Positions 1-12,900 of a stretch of 64,000 bases of DNA are shown in pieces. The stretch comes from Macrostomum lignano. Taxonomy: Eukaryota. The stretch is taken from positions 85,073 to 149,072 of the forward strand of contig NIVC01002695.1 of the NCBI GenBank assembly GCA_002269645.1, in the 5' to 3' direction. Position 1 is the stretch's first letter; the number at the start of each line of letters is the position of its first letter. The position numbers and the translations under genes are program-made. The notes under the pieces are model-generated. The model saw only the letters and a program-made list of their open reading frames with translations, was not told the DNA's origin and made no database searches.

Positions 1-699
1 TCGAGCAACAGTTAGCATTTGAAATTTTCTGATTTAAAGCATTGAAATATCGAGTGTACGTTCACTGCCTGCAGCAGTGGGAGGCTCGCAAGTTTATTCA
101 TTGAATTTCACTGTCCAAAACTACACAGGGCAGCCTATTGAAAATCAGAACACATATCGTTGCGCAATTGTCTATACAATCAGCCAGTGAGCTAGGGTCC
201 GATTGTACACACGCAGCCACTGAGAACGCGACCATCCCCCACTGGAGAGAAAATACACTGCAGAGATAGGAGAAAGTTATGGCGCAATCGCTCAAAATTC
301 ATGCAAATTTTCAGCTCCAAGCAGAAAGAGGGTACAATTAAGATTATCAAAGGTCAAAACCGCCGTTTTCTGCTTTTTTAGGGATCTTAAAATGTAAAAA
401 TGAAAGATTAAAATAGCCTAAAGCCATCCTCGGAAAATTTGCAGTTTTCCAATATAAGTTTTAACGCTGAGTTGCAAGTATTCTAGGAGGAGTTATGCAA
501 CAGACAAACAAACACACAAACATCGCACCAACTTTAGTATATACGAGTGGAACTCCTCCTTCGGAGGAGAAAGGGGAAGAACTCCCATCACCGGAATTCC
601 ATTCCCTGAATTATCCATCAACTGAAATTCCATGTCTTGAACCCCATCTTCCAAATCGTCTCCAAATTCTTTACAAACCTTTCAAAGACCATAGCTCAA

Positions 700-974
700 A
701 GACTCTTACGTCTCTCATATCTACTCTCTCCTCTCTTCGCTATTATCGTGACTCTCTTCTCTCTCCTCTCTCTCATCTCATCTCTACCCCTACTTCCTTA
801 TTTATCTCTTCTCCCTCGTCTTTCGTCTGTACCCCCTCCTGTCTCCTCTGTTCTCTGTTCTATCACATCTCTATTCTTCACTTCTGTCTCCTGTCTCCTC
901 TCTTCTCTCTTATCTCTCCTTCTTCTCTTCTCTCTCATATGTCATCTCTACTCACTTATCTATCGTCTCTCTTA

Positions 975-1033
<59 letters not shown>

Positions 1034-1730
1034 CTCTCTGCTCTCATTTCTTATATCTCATATACGGTCTCAGACTCTACTTTCTTGTCTCCCATCTTTC
1101 TTTCCTCCTTTCCACTACCCCCGTCTCTTCTCTTCTCTCTTTTCTAATCTCTAATCTCTTCTCTCTTATGTTCTCACTCATCTCTTCTCCTCGCATCTCT
1201 CATCTCTCCTCTCCTCACTACTTCCCTCTCTTAACTCTCTCATCTCTGATTTTTCATCTCTCTCCTCTCTCCTCTCTCTCTTTTCCTTTCGCTTCTCTCT
1301 CCTCCCTCTCCTCTCATCTCTACTACTTTATTTATATCTTCTCCCTCGTCTTTCGTCTCTACTCTCGTCTGTCTCCTTTCTCCCCTTTTTTCTCCTCTTT
1401 TCTCTCTTCTCTCTCCGCTCCTCTCTCATCTCTCATCCCTCATCTCACTCTTTCTTTCTCCTCTACTCTCCCCTCTCTTCTATTTCCTCTGTACGCTCTT
1501 ATCCTTCATCTATTCTCTCTCCTATTATCTCTCTTGTCTCCCTTTGCTATCTCATATATCCACTCTTATCTCCTCTCTCCTCTTCGCTTTTCTGTCCTTC
1601 GTTCCCGCCTTAATCCCCTCTTCTCTCCCATCTGTCATGTCTAATCTCTCCACTCATTTCTACTCTGTTTTCTACCATCTCATATCTCTTCTCTTTTCAT
1701 TCTTCTTTTTATTCTCTTCTCTGACTGATT
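700..1730. repeat. CT-rich polypyrimidine low-complexity tract (similar tracts at about 7830-8440, 9720-10830, 12320-13030, 15440-16160, 17650-18180)
   Basis: Nearly pure C/T on the plus strand with (CT)n runs, at the same position in each array unit that has one. Confidence 0.9.
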
Positions 1731-1961
1731 GAAGATGCCAAATCAATCAAGATCCTCTCCGCGAAGCAGAAATCCTGTCCGTGCAACTGAAAACCATCGA
1801 AATCCTCTCCGTGAAACTGAAGAGAATCGAAATCCTCTCCGCGAAACAGAAATCCTCTCCGTGAAACTGAAAACCATCGAAATTCTTTCTTTTAAACTGG
1901 ACTCAATCGAAATTTTCTCCGTCAAAAAGAATAAATATCAGGATTCATTGGTTATTGTTAA

Positions 1962-1980
1962 GGGTTAGGGTTAGGGTTAG
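1962..1980 (+). repeat. Interstitial telomeric (TTAGGG)n tract, one per array unit (also 3601-3618, 5194-5211, 8615-8635, 11199-11222, 13422-13455, 16553-16586)
   Basis: 2-5 TTAGGG units, usually preceded by GATTCATT(G/A)G and always followed by AG(A/C)CTAC-type sequence (AGAGCT or AGAACT). Confidence 0.95.
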
Positions 1981-4900
1981 AGCTACACACAGCTGCGTGT
2001 TCAAATAAAAAATGAACCAATTGAATCAATTGATTGCGCAACCGATTTCACAGTCAGTCAGTATCAGTCTCAGTTAAAGTTAGCAAAAAAATTGCGCAAT
2101 CTAAATCAACCCTCCAGTACACAGAGACCGACCCCTTTTCAATACGCAGTGGCAGTTAGAAATTGAACCTCAAACTTTTGGGGGCATTGAACAAAAAAAT
2201 GAGTACAATCTTTGCATAAAGCTAAAAGTATGGAAATGGTTTTTTGAAACATTTTATATCCTCGAACTCAGCGTTGCAAGATCTTTTCAGCAGTATAAGT
2301 CTCTTCTCTTAAAGTTTAGAACTCGAAGAGCAGTTAGCGTTTGAAAGTTCCCGTTTTAAAGCATTGAAATGTCGCGTGTACGTTCACTGCCTGCCAAAGA
2401 GGCTCGCAAGTTTATTCATTTACTACACAGGCCGGCTATTACACAGGGCAGCCTATTGAAAGGCACAGATAATAAAACAAAATTGATGGCGCAACTGATT
2501 TCACAGTATGTCAGTATCAGTCTCAGTTACAGTTAACAAAAAGATTGCGCAATCTAAATCAACCCTCCAATACACAGCGCCCGACCGCCTTCCACTACGC
2601 AGTGGCAATTAGCAATTGAACCCCCCAAATTTATCTCTGACCTATCGCAAAAATAAGTACAATCTTTGCAGCAAGTTAAAAGTAAAAGTAATAAAATCGT
2701 TTTTTGAATGCTGTGCTTTTAATTTTTACAGTTAAAGCAAACAACTTATATCCCTGAACTCAGCGTTGCAAGATCTTTCCAGCAATATAAGTCTCTCCTC
2801 TCAAAGTTCAAAAATCGAGCAACAGTTAGCATTTGAAACTTTCTGATTTAAAGCATTGAAATATCGAGTGTACGTTCACTGCCTGCTAGAGAGGCTCGCA
2901 AATTGATGCATTGAATTTCACTGTCCGCCAGTTAGCTAGGGTCCAAGTGTACACACGCCGCCACTGAGAACGCTCCTATCCCCCCACTGGAGAGAAAATA
3001 CACTGCCAAGTTAGCAAAATTTTATGGCGCAATCACTTAAAATTCATGCAAATTTTCAGCTCCAAGCAGAAAGAGGGGACAATTAAGATTATCAAAGGTC
3101 AAGACCGCCGTTTTCTGCTTTTTTGAGGATCTTAGAAATTAAAATTTCAGAATTAAAATAGCCTATAGCCGACCTCGGATAATTTCCAATCTTCCCATAT
3201 AAGTTTCAACGCTGAGTTGCCACTATTCAAGGAGGAGTTGTCGAAATGACAGACAGACACACAGACAGACAGACAAACAACACGTCAACTTTAGTATATA
3301 GAGACAGACAAACAACGCGTCAACTTTAGTATATATAGATAGACGAGGCCAACTCCTCCGATGGAGGAGAAAGGGGAAGAACTCCCATCACCGGAATTCC
3401 ATTCCCTGAAACCCCTTAGCTGAATCCCATGACCCGAATCCCATCATCAAAACATCTCCAAATCCATCAAACTCCTCTCCGCGAAACAGAAATCCTCTCC
3501 GTGAAACTAAAAACCATCGAAATCCTCTCCGTAAAACTAGACTCAATCGAAATTTTCTCCGTCAAAAAGAACTCAACTCTCAGGGTTCAGTGCCATCAGT
3601 GGTTAGGGTTAGGGTTAGAGCTGCACAGAGCTGCGGGTTGAAAGGCGCCGATAAAAATATCGATTTAGTTGAATCAATTTACTGCGCAACCGATTTCTCA
3701 TTCAGCCAGTATCAGTCTAAGTTAAAGTTAACAAAATGATTGCGCAATCTAAATCAACCCTCCAATACACAGCGGCAGTAAGAAGTTGAACCCCCCCACA
3801 ACTTTATCTATTATATCTTGCAAAACTAAGTACAATCTTTGCAGAAAGTAAAAGTATAGAAATCGTTTTTCGAATGCTGGGCTTTTTCTTTACACATTTA
3901 AAGCAAACAACTTATATCCCTGAACTCAGCATTGAAAGATCTTTCCAGCAATATAAGTCTCTCCTCTCAAAGTTAAAAACTCGAGCAACAGTTTGCATTT
4001 GAAACTCTCCGATTAAAAGCACAGTAAAAGCATAAAAAATCGAGTGTACGTTCACTGCGTGCTAAAGACACTCCTAAGTTGATGCATTGAATTTCAATGT
4101 CCAACAAATACATAGGGCTGCCTATTGAAAGGCAGAGATAATAAAACAAATTAATGGCGCAATCAATTTCTCAGTCAGTCAGTAGCAGTCTCATTTAAAA
4201 TGATTACGCAATGCAAATCAACTCTCCAATACACAGCGACCGCACCCCCCACCACCACTAAAGCACACTGAGTGGTATAGTCCGTTTGTTAGAGATTGAA
4301 GCCCGTAACTTTATCTATTACGTCTGCAAAAATGAGCACAATCTTTGCAGAAAGTAAAAGTATAGAAATCGTTTTTCGAATGCTGGGCTTTTTCTTTACA
4401 CATTTAAAGCAAACAACTTATATCCCCGAACTCAGCGTTGCAAGATCTTTCCAGCAATATAAGTCTCTCCCTTCAAAGTTTAAAACTCGAGGAACAGTTA
4501 ACGTTTAAATTTTTCTGATTTAGAGCATTGAATTTTTAAGACTGCCTGCTACAGGGGGAGGCTCGCACGTTTATTCATTGAATTTCACTGCCGCCTCAAC
4601 ATCCCTAACACGGGGGGGGGTTCTATTTGCTCCATTGCTCAGTGCACACAGTTGTGGCGCAATCGCTAAAAAAATCTGTACTATTTGTACTTGTACTTGG
4701 CTACACCCCCTCAGTTAAAAGAATACACTACACAGATAGGCCAGCTGTTGTGGCGTAATCATTAAGAGTTGCGCAAGGTGATCGTAATCCCTATTGTTAT
4801 ACTATTTCTGCTTTTTTAGGGATCTTAAAATATGAAAATGCAAAATTTTAATAGCCTAAAGCCATCCTCGGACAATTTGCAGTTTTCCCATATAAGTTTC

Positions 4901-5583
4901 AGCACTGACTTGCAAGTAGTCTGGGAGGAGTTATGCAACAAACGGACGCACAAACATCGCACCAACTTTAGTATTAGGACGAGGCCAACTCCTCCGATGG
5001 AGGAGAAAGGGGAAGAACTCCCATCACCGAAATTTCTATTCCCTGAACTCCATCAGCTGAATCCCACTTTCCAACACCTCTCCGCGCAACAGAAATCATC
5101 TCCGTGAAACTGAACACTATCGAAGTCCTCTCCGTAAAACTGAACACCATCGAAATTTCTCCGTCAAACAGAGCCCAGCTCTCAGAATCCATTGGTTAGG
5201 GTTAGGGTTAGAGCTACACAGCAGCGTGTTGTAAGGGGCCGGTAAAAAAATTAAACAAATTTATTTAATTGATTGCGCAACCGATTTCACAGTCAGTATC
5301 AGTCTCAGTTAAAGTTAACAAAAAGATTGCGCAATCTGAATCAGCCGTTCAATACACAGCGACCAACCCCCTTTCATTGAGCAGTGGCGGTTGGAAATTG
5401 AAACCCCAAACTATTGGGGGGGGGGGGGTCGATCGAACCCCCATTAAACCCAAAAAAGAGTACACTCTTTGCAGAAAGTTAAAAGTATGGAAATTCTTTT
5501 TTAATGCTTTGCTCTTAGTTTTCATATTTGAAGAAAACAATTTATATCCCCGAACTCAGCATTTCAAGCTCTTTCCAGCAATA

Positions 5584-6909
5584 CTGGGTGATTGGTAAAA
5601 ATCTGGACATTTTTATTTGTTTTAGCAAGACAACAATTAACAAATTGAACGCATGTCTTTTAACTTGGATTTAGTTCAATATATAAGGGATTGTCTGGCT
5701 CATTGCCAAACGGCTCCGACACCATTAGCCCGAGCTCGGCGAATCCCGGACTTGACATTGGTCATCATCTCCTGTACACAGTGCAGATCCACCTGGCGGA
5801 GGCAGTAGCGAATGCGATTTTCCAGCTGTTCCAGACTGTCCGCCGTCCAATTGTGATGGTAAACCTTTTGCTTCAACATCCCCCAGAAGTTCTCAATTGG
5901 TCGCAGCTGTGGTACATTGGGAGGATTGAGCTCCTTGCTGACAAAATTGACACCTTCCTCTTCAAATGTGTCAATGACGTCACGAGCATAGTGACAGCTC
6001 GCCAGGTCAGGCCAGAACAGGTAGTTGCCGTCAGCATGCTGTTCCTTAATAAATGGCAATAGACGCTTGTGAATGCACTCTCGTATGTAGATCTCTTTGT
6101 TCATTGAGCTGCCGTGGCAGAAGAAGACCTTGGACATGCCCTTCTTGCTGATGGCCAGCCAGACCAAGACTTTGGCCTCAAATTTCTTGCTGGGTGAACA
6201 CCTGACCTCATCAGGTGCATCACCTCGAGCTGTTGCATAATAGAACCTGTTACCAGGGATGACATTGGATGACAGAGAGAAGTACGATTCATCGTCCATG
6301 ACAATGTCCAGTCCGCTGTCATCTCCTGCCAGCACAGCACGGTAGAGCCTGTCAATCCTCACACGCTGGCGCTCTTTCTGCTCAAACGACACAAATGGCA
6401 CTTTTTCTTTCTTGTATGCACTCAGTCCCTGCTTCTTGAGAATCTCGTTGACGTACGGCTGGCTGATGTCATATTTGCGTGCAATTTCGCGCTGGGACAG
6501 ACCCATCCTGGCATCATTTGACATCTTCTCCATCAAAGTGGCAGTGACCTTGGTAGCTGGTCGTCCTGACCCCTCCTTGCGTAGCACAGAATCTTCTCCA
6601 GTTGCTGAGTAGCGATCCAGAATTCCATAAATGGTTGATCTTGGGACACCAAGCTCAGCAAAATATTTTGCGATTGCATTTTTGCTCAGCCCAGGGTGCT
6701 CAATTTTATATTGTACAACCAGTTTACGCCGCTGCTCTTCATTTAGAGACTGCATCTCAGACGTGACGGGGCAAACGAGTGAAAAAAACAACTTAAGTTG
6801 TGAGGAAGACCCCCAGTATTGCTGAAAAGCATCAGCTCAATAAATTCGCCTCGTTAAAGTTTGTCTATGGCAAAAACTAACCATGTCCAGATTTTTACCA
6901 ATCACCCAG
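5584..6909 (-). mobile_element. Full-length IS630-Tc1-mariner DNA transposon, DD37E type
   Basis: Perfect 27-bp TIRs CTGGGTGATTGGTAAAAATCTGGACAT at 5584-5610 and 6883-6909. TA duplication at 5582-83 and 6910-11. The host module resumes on both sides. Confidence 0.95.
5700..6755 (-). CDS. DD37E transposase, about 351 aa from the first ATG, intact
   Basis: N-terminal HTH-like region. Catalytic motifs VMDDESYF, FWPDLASCH and RPIENFW, with 37 residues between the second D and the E. Confidence 0.93.
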   Translation of the reverse strand: MQSLNEEQRRKLVVQYKIEHPGLSKNAIAKYFAELGVPRSTIYGILDRYSATGEDSVLRKEGSGRPATKVTATLMEKMSNDARMGLSQREIARKYDISQPYVNEILKKQGLSAYKKEKVPFVSFEQKERQRVRIDRLYRAVLAGDDSGLDIVMDDESYFSLSSNVIPGNRFYYATARGDAPDEVRCSPSKKFEAKVLVWLAISKKGMSKVFFCHGSSMNKEIYIRECIHKRLLPFIKEQHADGNYLFWPDLASCHYARDVIDTFEEEGVNFVSKELNPPNVPQLRPIENFWGMLKQKVYHHNWTADSLEQLENRIRYCLRQVDLHCVQEMMTNVKSGIRRARANGVGAVWQ

Positions 6910-9900
6910 TAGAAGTCTCTTCTCTTAAAGTTTAAAACTCGAAGAGCTGTTAACGTTTGAAACTGCCTGATTTAAAGCATTGAAGTATCGATTGTGCGTT
7001 CACTGCCTGCTAAAGAGGCTCGCAAGTTGATGCAATGAATTTTTTTATGTCCAACAAATACACAGGGCTGCCCATTGAGAGGCAGAATAACTTAACAGTA
7101 GCCATATCATTGCACAATTATCTATAAAGTCAGCCAGTGAGCCACGGTCCAAGTGTACACACGCAGCCACTCAGAACGCAACCATCCCCCCGCTGGAGAG
7201 AAAATGCACTGGCGAGATAGGAGAAAGTGGTGGCGCAATCGCTAAAATTTGATGTCAACCGGCCCAGCTACACCCCATTTAGTTGAAAGAATACACTGCA
7301 CAGATAGGCCGGCTGTTGTGGCGCAATAATTGTAAATTACGCAAGATGTTCATATTCCCCTATTGTTTTACTATTTCTGCTTTTTTAGGGATCTTAAAAT
7401 ATGAAAATGCAAAATTTTAATAGCCTAAAGCCATCCTCGGACAATTTGCATTTTTCCCATATACGAGCGTAAGTTTCAACACTGACTTGCGAGTAGTCTG
7501 TGAGGAGTTATGCAACAAACGGACGCACAAACATCGCACCAACTTTAGTATTAGGATGTGAGGAGTTATGCAACAAACGGACGCACAAACATCGCACCAA
7601 CTTTAGTATTAGGATGTGAGGAGTTATGCAACAAACGGACGCACAAACATCGCACCAACTTTAGTATTAGGAAGGAGGAAGGAGGAAGGAAGGAGGACGA
7701 GTGGAACTCCTCCTTCGGAGGAGAAAGGGGAAGAACTCCCATCACCGGAATTCCATTCCCTGAAATCAATCAGCTGAAACTCCATGACTTGAATCCCATC
7801 TTCCAAATCATCTCCAAATCCTCTGTAAAGCCTTTTTGCTCTCCTCTTTGCCCTCTCATCTCTACAGTGTAGTCTCTTATCTCTTCTCTCTAATCTGCTT
7901 TCCATCTCTAGTCTCTCATCTCTGCTCTCTCTTCTTTGCTATCTTATATCTAGTCTCTCCTCTCTCTCCTCTCATCTCTACTCCCTTATGTATCTCTTCT
8001 CCCTCGTCTTTCATCTGTACCCTCTCCTGTCTCTTGTCTCCTCTCTTCTTTCATATCTCTCCTCTTCACTTCTGTCTCCTGTCTCCTCTCTTCTCTCTTA
8101 TCTCTCCCTCTTCTCTCCTCTCTCATATGTCATCTCTACTCACTTATCTATTGTCTCTCTTAACCCTCTCTCTTCTCTTTTCTCTCCTCTCTGCTCTCAT
8201 TTCTCATATCTCATATACGCTCTCAGACTCTACTTTCTTGTCTCCCATCTTTCTTTCCTCCTTTCCACTATCCCCGTCTCTTCTCTTCTCTCTTTTCTAT
8301 CCTCTTCATTCTCTCTTCTCTCCTCTCCTTGCTCCTTTCATCTTCTCCCCTCTCTTCTCTAATCTCTAATCTCTACTCTCTCATATCTACTCTCTTTTCT
8401 ATAATCTCTTTTCTCTGTTCTCTTTTCTCTTTTCTCTCGCATCGGAAGAATTCCCATCACCGGAATTCGATTTCCTGGACTCCATTAGCTGAATTCCATA
8501 ACCCGAGTTGCATCATCCAACTCCTCTCCGAAGACAAAAAGATCCTCTCCGTGAAACTGGACTCAATCGAAATTTTCTCCGTCAAACAGAACTCAACTCT
8601 CAGGATTCAGTGGCTAGGGTTAGGGTTAGGGTTAGAGCTACACACAGCTGCGTGTTGAAAGGCACCAATAATAAAAAATTGAACTAATTGAAGCAACAGA
8701 TTGAGCAATCGATTTCTCAGTCAGCCAGTATCAGTCTCAGTTCAAGTTAGCAAAATGATTGCGCAATTTAAATCAACCATCCAATACACAGCCACCGCCC
8801 CCTTCCAATACGCAGTGGCAAGTAGAAGTTGAACCCCCCAACTTTATCTCTGACCTATCGCAAAAATAAGTACAATCTTTGCAAAAGTATTTAAATCGTT
8901 TTTGAATGCTGTGCTTTTAGTTTTCATATTTAAAGCAAAAAACCTATATCCCGGAACTCAACGCTACAAACTCTTTCCAGCAATATAAGTCTCTCCTCTC
9001 AAAGTTAAAAAATCGAGCAACAGTTAGCATTTGAAATTTTCTGATTTAAAGCATTGAAATATCGAGTGTACGTTCACTGCCTGCAGCAGTGGGAGGCTCG
9101 CAAGTTTATTCATTGAATTTCACTGTCCAAAACTACACAGGGCAGCCTATTGAAAATCAGAACACATATCGTTGCGCAATTGTCTATACAATCAGCCAGT
9201 GAGCTAGGGTCCGATTGTACACACGCAGCCACTGAGAACGCGACCATCCCCCCACTGGAGAGAAAATACACTGCAGAGATAGGAGAAAGTTATGGCGCAA
9301 TCGCTCAAAATTCATGCAAATTTTCAGCTCCAAGCAGAAAGAGGGTACAATTAAGATTATCAAAGGTCAAAACCGCCGTTTTCTGCTTTTTTAGGGATCT
9401 TAAAATGTAAAAATGAAAGATTAAAATAGCCTAAAGCCATCCTCGGAAAATTTGCAGTTTTCCAAAATAAGTTTCAACGCTGAGTTGCAAGTATTCTAGG
9501 AGGAGTTATGCAACAGACAAACAAACACACAAACATCGCACCAACTTTAGTATATACGAGTGGAACTCCTCCTTCGGAGGAGAAAGGGGAAGAACTCCCA
9601 TCACCGGAATTCTATTCCCTGAAATATCCATCAACTGAAATTCCATGTCTTTAACCCTATCTTCCAAATCGTCTCCAAATTCTTTACAAAATCTTTCAAA
9701 GACCATAGCTCAAAGACTCTTACGTCTCTCATATCTACTCTCTCCTCTCTTCGCTATTATCGTGACTCGCTTCTCTCTCCTCTCTCTCATCTCATCTCTA
9801 CCCCTACTCTCTTATTTATCTCTACTCCCTTATTTATCTCTTCTCCCTCGCCTTTCGTCTGTACCCTATCCTGTCTACTCTCCTATCTTCTATCTTATCT

Positions 9901-12900
9901 CTCCCCTTTTCTCTCCTCTCTCATATCTAATCTCTAACCACTTATCTATCGTCTCCGCTCTACTTTCTCTCTTCTTTTTTCTCTCTTCTCTCTGCTCTCA
10001 TTTCTCGTATCTCTTATACGCTCTCACCCTCTCCTTTCTTATCTCCCATCTTTCTTCCCTCCTTTCTACTGCATCACCTGTCTCCTCTCTTCTCTTTTCT
10101 CTCCTCTCCATTCTCTCTTCTCTACTCTCATCTCCCCTCATCTCTTCTCTAATCTCTAATCTCTTCTCTCTCTTATTTTCTCACTCATCTCTTTTCTCAT
10201 TGCATCTCTCATCTCTCCTCTCTCTCTCTCCTCTCATCTGTACTATCTTTTTTATCTCTTCTCCCAGGTCTTTCAAATTTACTCTCTCCTGTCTCCTCTC
10301 TCCCCTCGTCTTTCCTCTCTCATATCTCTTCTCTACTCACTTATATATTCTCTCTCCTCTGCTCCCCTTTTACACTTTCCTATATGCTCTCACTCTCACC
10401 CTCCCTTTCTTATCTGCTGTTTTTACACTCCTTTCTACCACCTGTCTCCTCTCGTTTCTCTCCTCTCTGCACTCTCATCTTTACCCTCTTCTTTCTCCTC
10501 ACTACTTTCTTCTCTTAAATCTCTGATCTCTGATCTTTCATCTCTCTCCTCTCACCTCTCACCTCTCTCCTCTCTTTCCTCTCTTCTATTGCCTCTGTAC
10601 GCTCTTGTCCCTCCTTTCTTCTCCATCCTGTCTCCTCTCTGCAATCTCATATCTCCTCTCTCATATCCTCTCCCTTCATCTCCTCTCTCCTCTTCTCTTC
10701 TCTCTCCTTCGTTCCCGCCTTACTTTCCTCTTCTCTCCCATCTGTCATGTCTAATCTCTCCACTCATTTCTACTCTGTTTTCTATCATCTCATCTCTCTT
10801 CTCTTTTCATTCTTCTCTTTACTCTCTTCTCTGACTGATTGAAGATGCCAAATCCATCAAGATCCTCTCCGCGAAGCAGAAATCCTGTCCGTGCAACTGA
10901 AAACCATCGAAATCCTCTCCGTGAAACTGGACTCCTTCGAAATCCTCTCCTTGAAACTTAAATCTATCAAAATCGTCTCCATAAAGCAGAAATCAATCAT
11001 AAATTTAACTCCGCGAAACAGAAATCCTCTCCGTGAAGCTGAACATCATCAAAATCCTCTCCGTGAAACTGAGCACCATCGAAATCCTCTCCACGAAACA
11101 GAAATCCTCTTTGTCAAAATTAAAACATTGAAATCGTCTCCGCTAAACTGGACTCAATCAATTTTTTCCGTCAAACAACTCAACTCTCCGGATTCATTGG
11201 TTAGGGTTAGGGTTAGGGTTAGAACTACGCACAGCTTCGTGTTAAAAGGCACTGATAAACTATTGAACTAATTGAATCAATTCATTGCGCAACCGATTTC
11301 ACAGTCAGTCAGTATCAGTCTCAGTTAAAGTTAACAAAAACATTGCGCAATCTAAATCAACCCTCCAATACAAAGCAACTGACCCCCTTCCTATACACAG
11401 CGCCAGTTGGAAGTCGAAACCCCCAACTTTATCTCTCACCTCTCGCCAAAATGAGTACAATCTTTGCAGAAAGTTTAAAGTATGGAAATAGTTTTTGCAA
11501 TGCAGAGCTTTTAGTTTTCATATTTGAAGCAAACAATTTATATCCCTGAAATCAGCTTTGCAAGTTCTTTCCAGCAATATAAATTTTTTCTCTCAAAGTT
11601 AAAAACTCGAGCAACAGTTTGCGTTTGAAACTTTCTGATTTAAAGCATTGAAATATCGATTGTACGTTCACTGCCTGCTAAAGAGGCCCGCAAGTTTATG
11701 CATTGAATTTCAACGTTCAACAAAATCACAGGGCTGCCTATTGAAAATTAGAACACAAATCTTTGCGCAATTGTCTATACAGTCAGCCAGTGAGCCAGGG
11801 TCCGATTGTACACAGGCAGCCATTTAGAACGCCCCATCCCCCCACTGGAGAGAAAATACACTGCAGAGATAGGGAAAAGTTGTGGCGCAATCACTTGAAA
11901 TTCATGCAAATTTTCAGCTCCAAGCAGAAAGAGGGGACAATTAAGATTATCAAAGGTCAAGACCGCCGTTTTCTGCTTTTTTGAGGATTTTAGAAATTAA
12001 AATTTCAGAATTAAAATAGCCTATAGCCGACCTCGGATAATTTCCAATCTTCCCATATAAGTTTCAACGCTGAGTTGCCACTATTCAAGGAGGAGTTGTC
12101 GAAATGACAGACAGACACACAGACAGACAGACAAACAACGCGTCAACTTTAGTATATAGACGAGTGGAACTCCTCCTTCGGAGGAGAAAGGGGAAGAACT
12201 CCCATCATCGGAATTCTATTCCCTGAAATATCCATCAACTGAAATTCCATGTCTTTAACCCTATCTTCCAAATCGTCTCCAAATTCTTTACAAAATCTTT
12301 CAAAGACCATAGCTCAAAGACTCTCAAGTCTCTCATATCTCCTCTCTCCTCTCTCTCATCTCATCTCTACCCCTGCTCCCTTATTTATCTCTTCTCCCTC
12401 GTCTTTCGTCTGTACCTTCTCCTGTCTTCTGTCTCCTCTCTTCACTCTTATCTCTCCCTCTTCTCTCCTCTCTCATATGTCATCTCTACTCACTTATCTA
12501 TCGTCTCTCTTAACCCTCTCTCTCTTCTCTTTTCTCTTCTCTCTGCTCTCATTTCTCATATTTCATATACGCTCTGACACTACTTTCTTGTCTCCCATCT
12601 TTCTTCCTCCTTTTCACTATCCCCTGTCTCTTCTCTTCTCTCTTTTCTATTCTCTCCATTCTCTCTTTTCTCCTTTCCTTGCTCCTTTCATCTCTCTCCT
12701 CTCTCCTCACTCTCTTCTCCTTTCGCTTCTCTCTCCTCTCTCTCCTCTCATCTTTACTACCTTATTTATATCTTCTCCCTAGTCTTTCGTCTGTACTCTC
12801 TCCTGTCTCCTCTCTCCCCTGCTCTCTCATCCCTCATCTCCTCATCTCACTCTTTCTTTCTCCTCTACTCTCCCCTCTCTTCTATTGCCTCTGTACGCTC

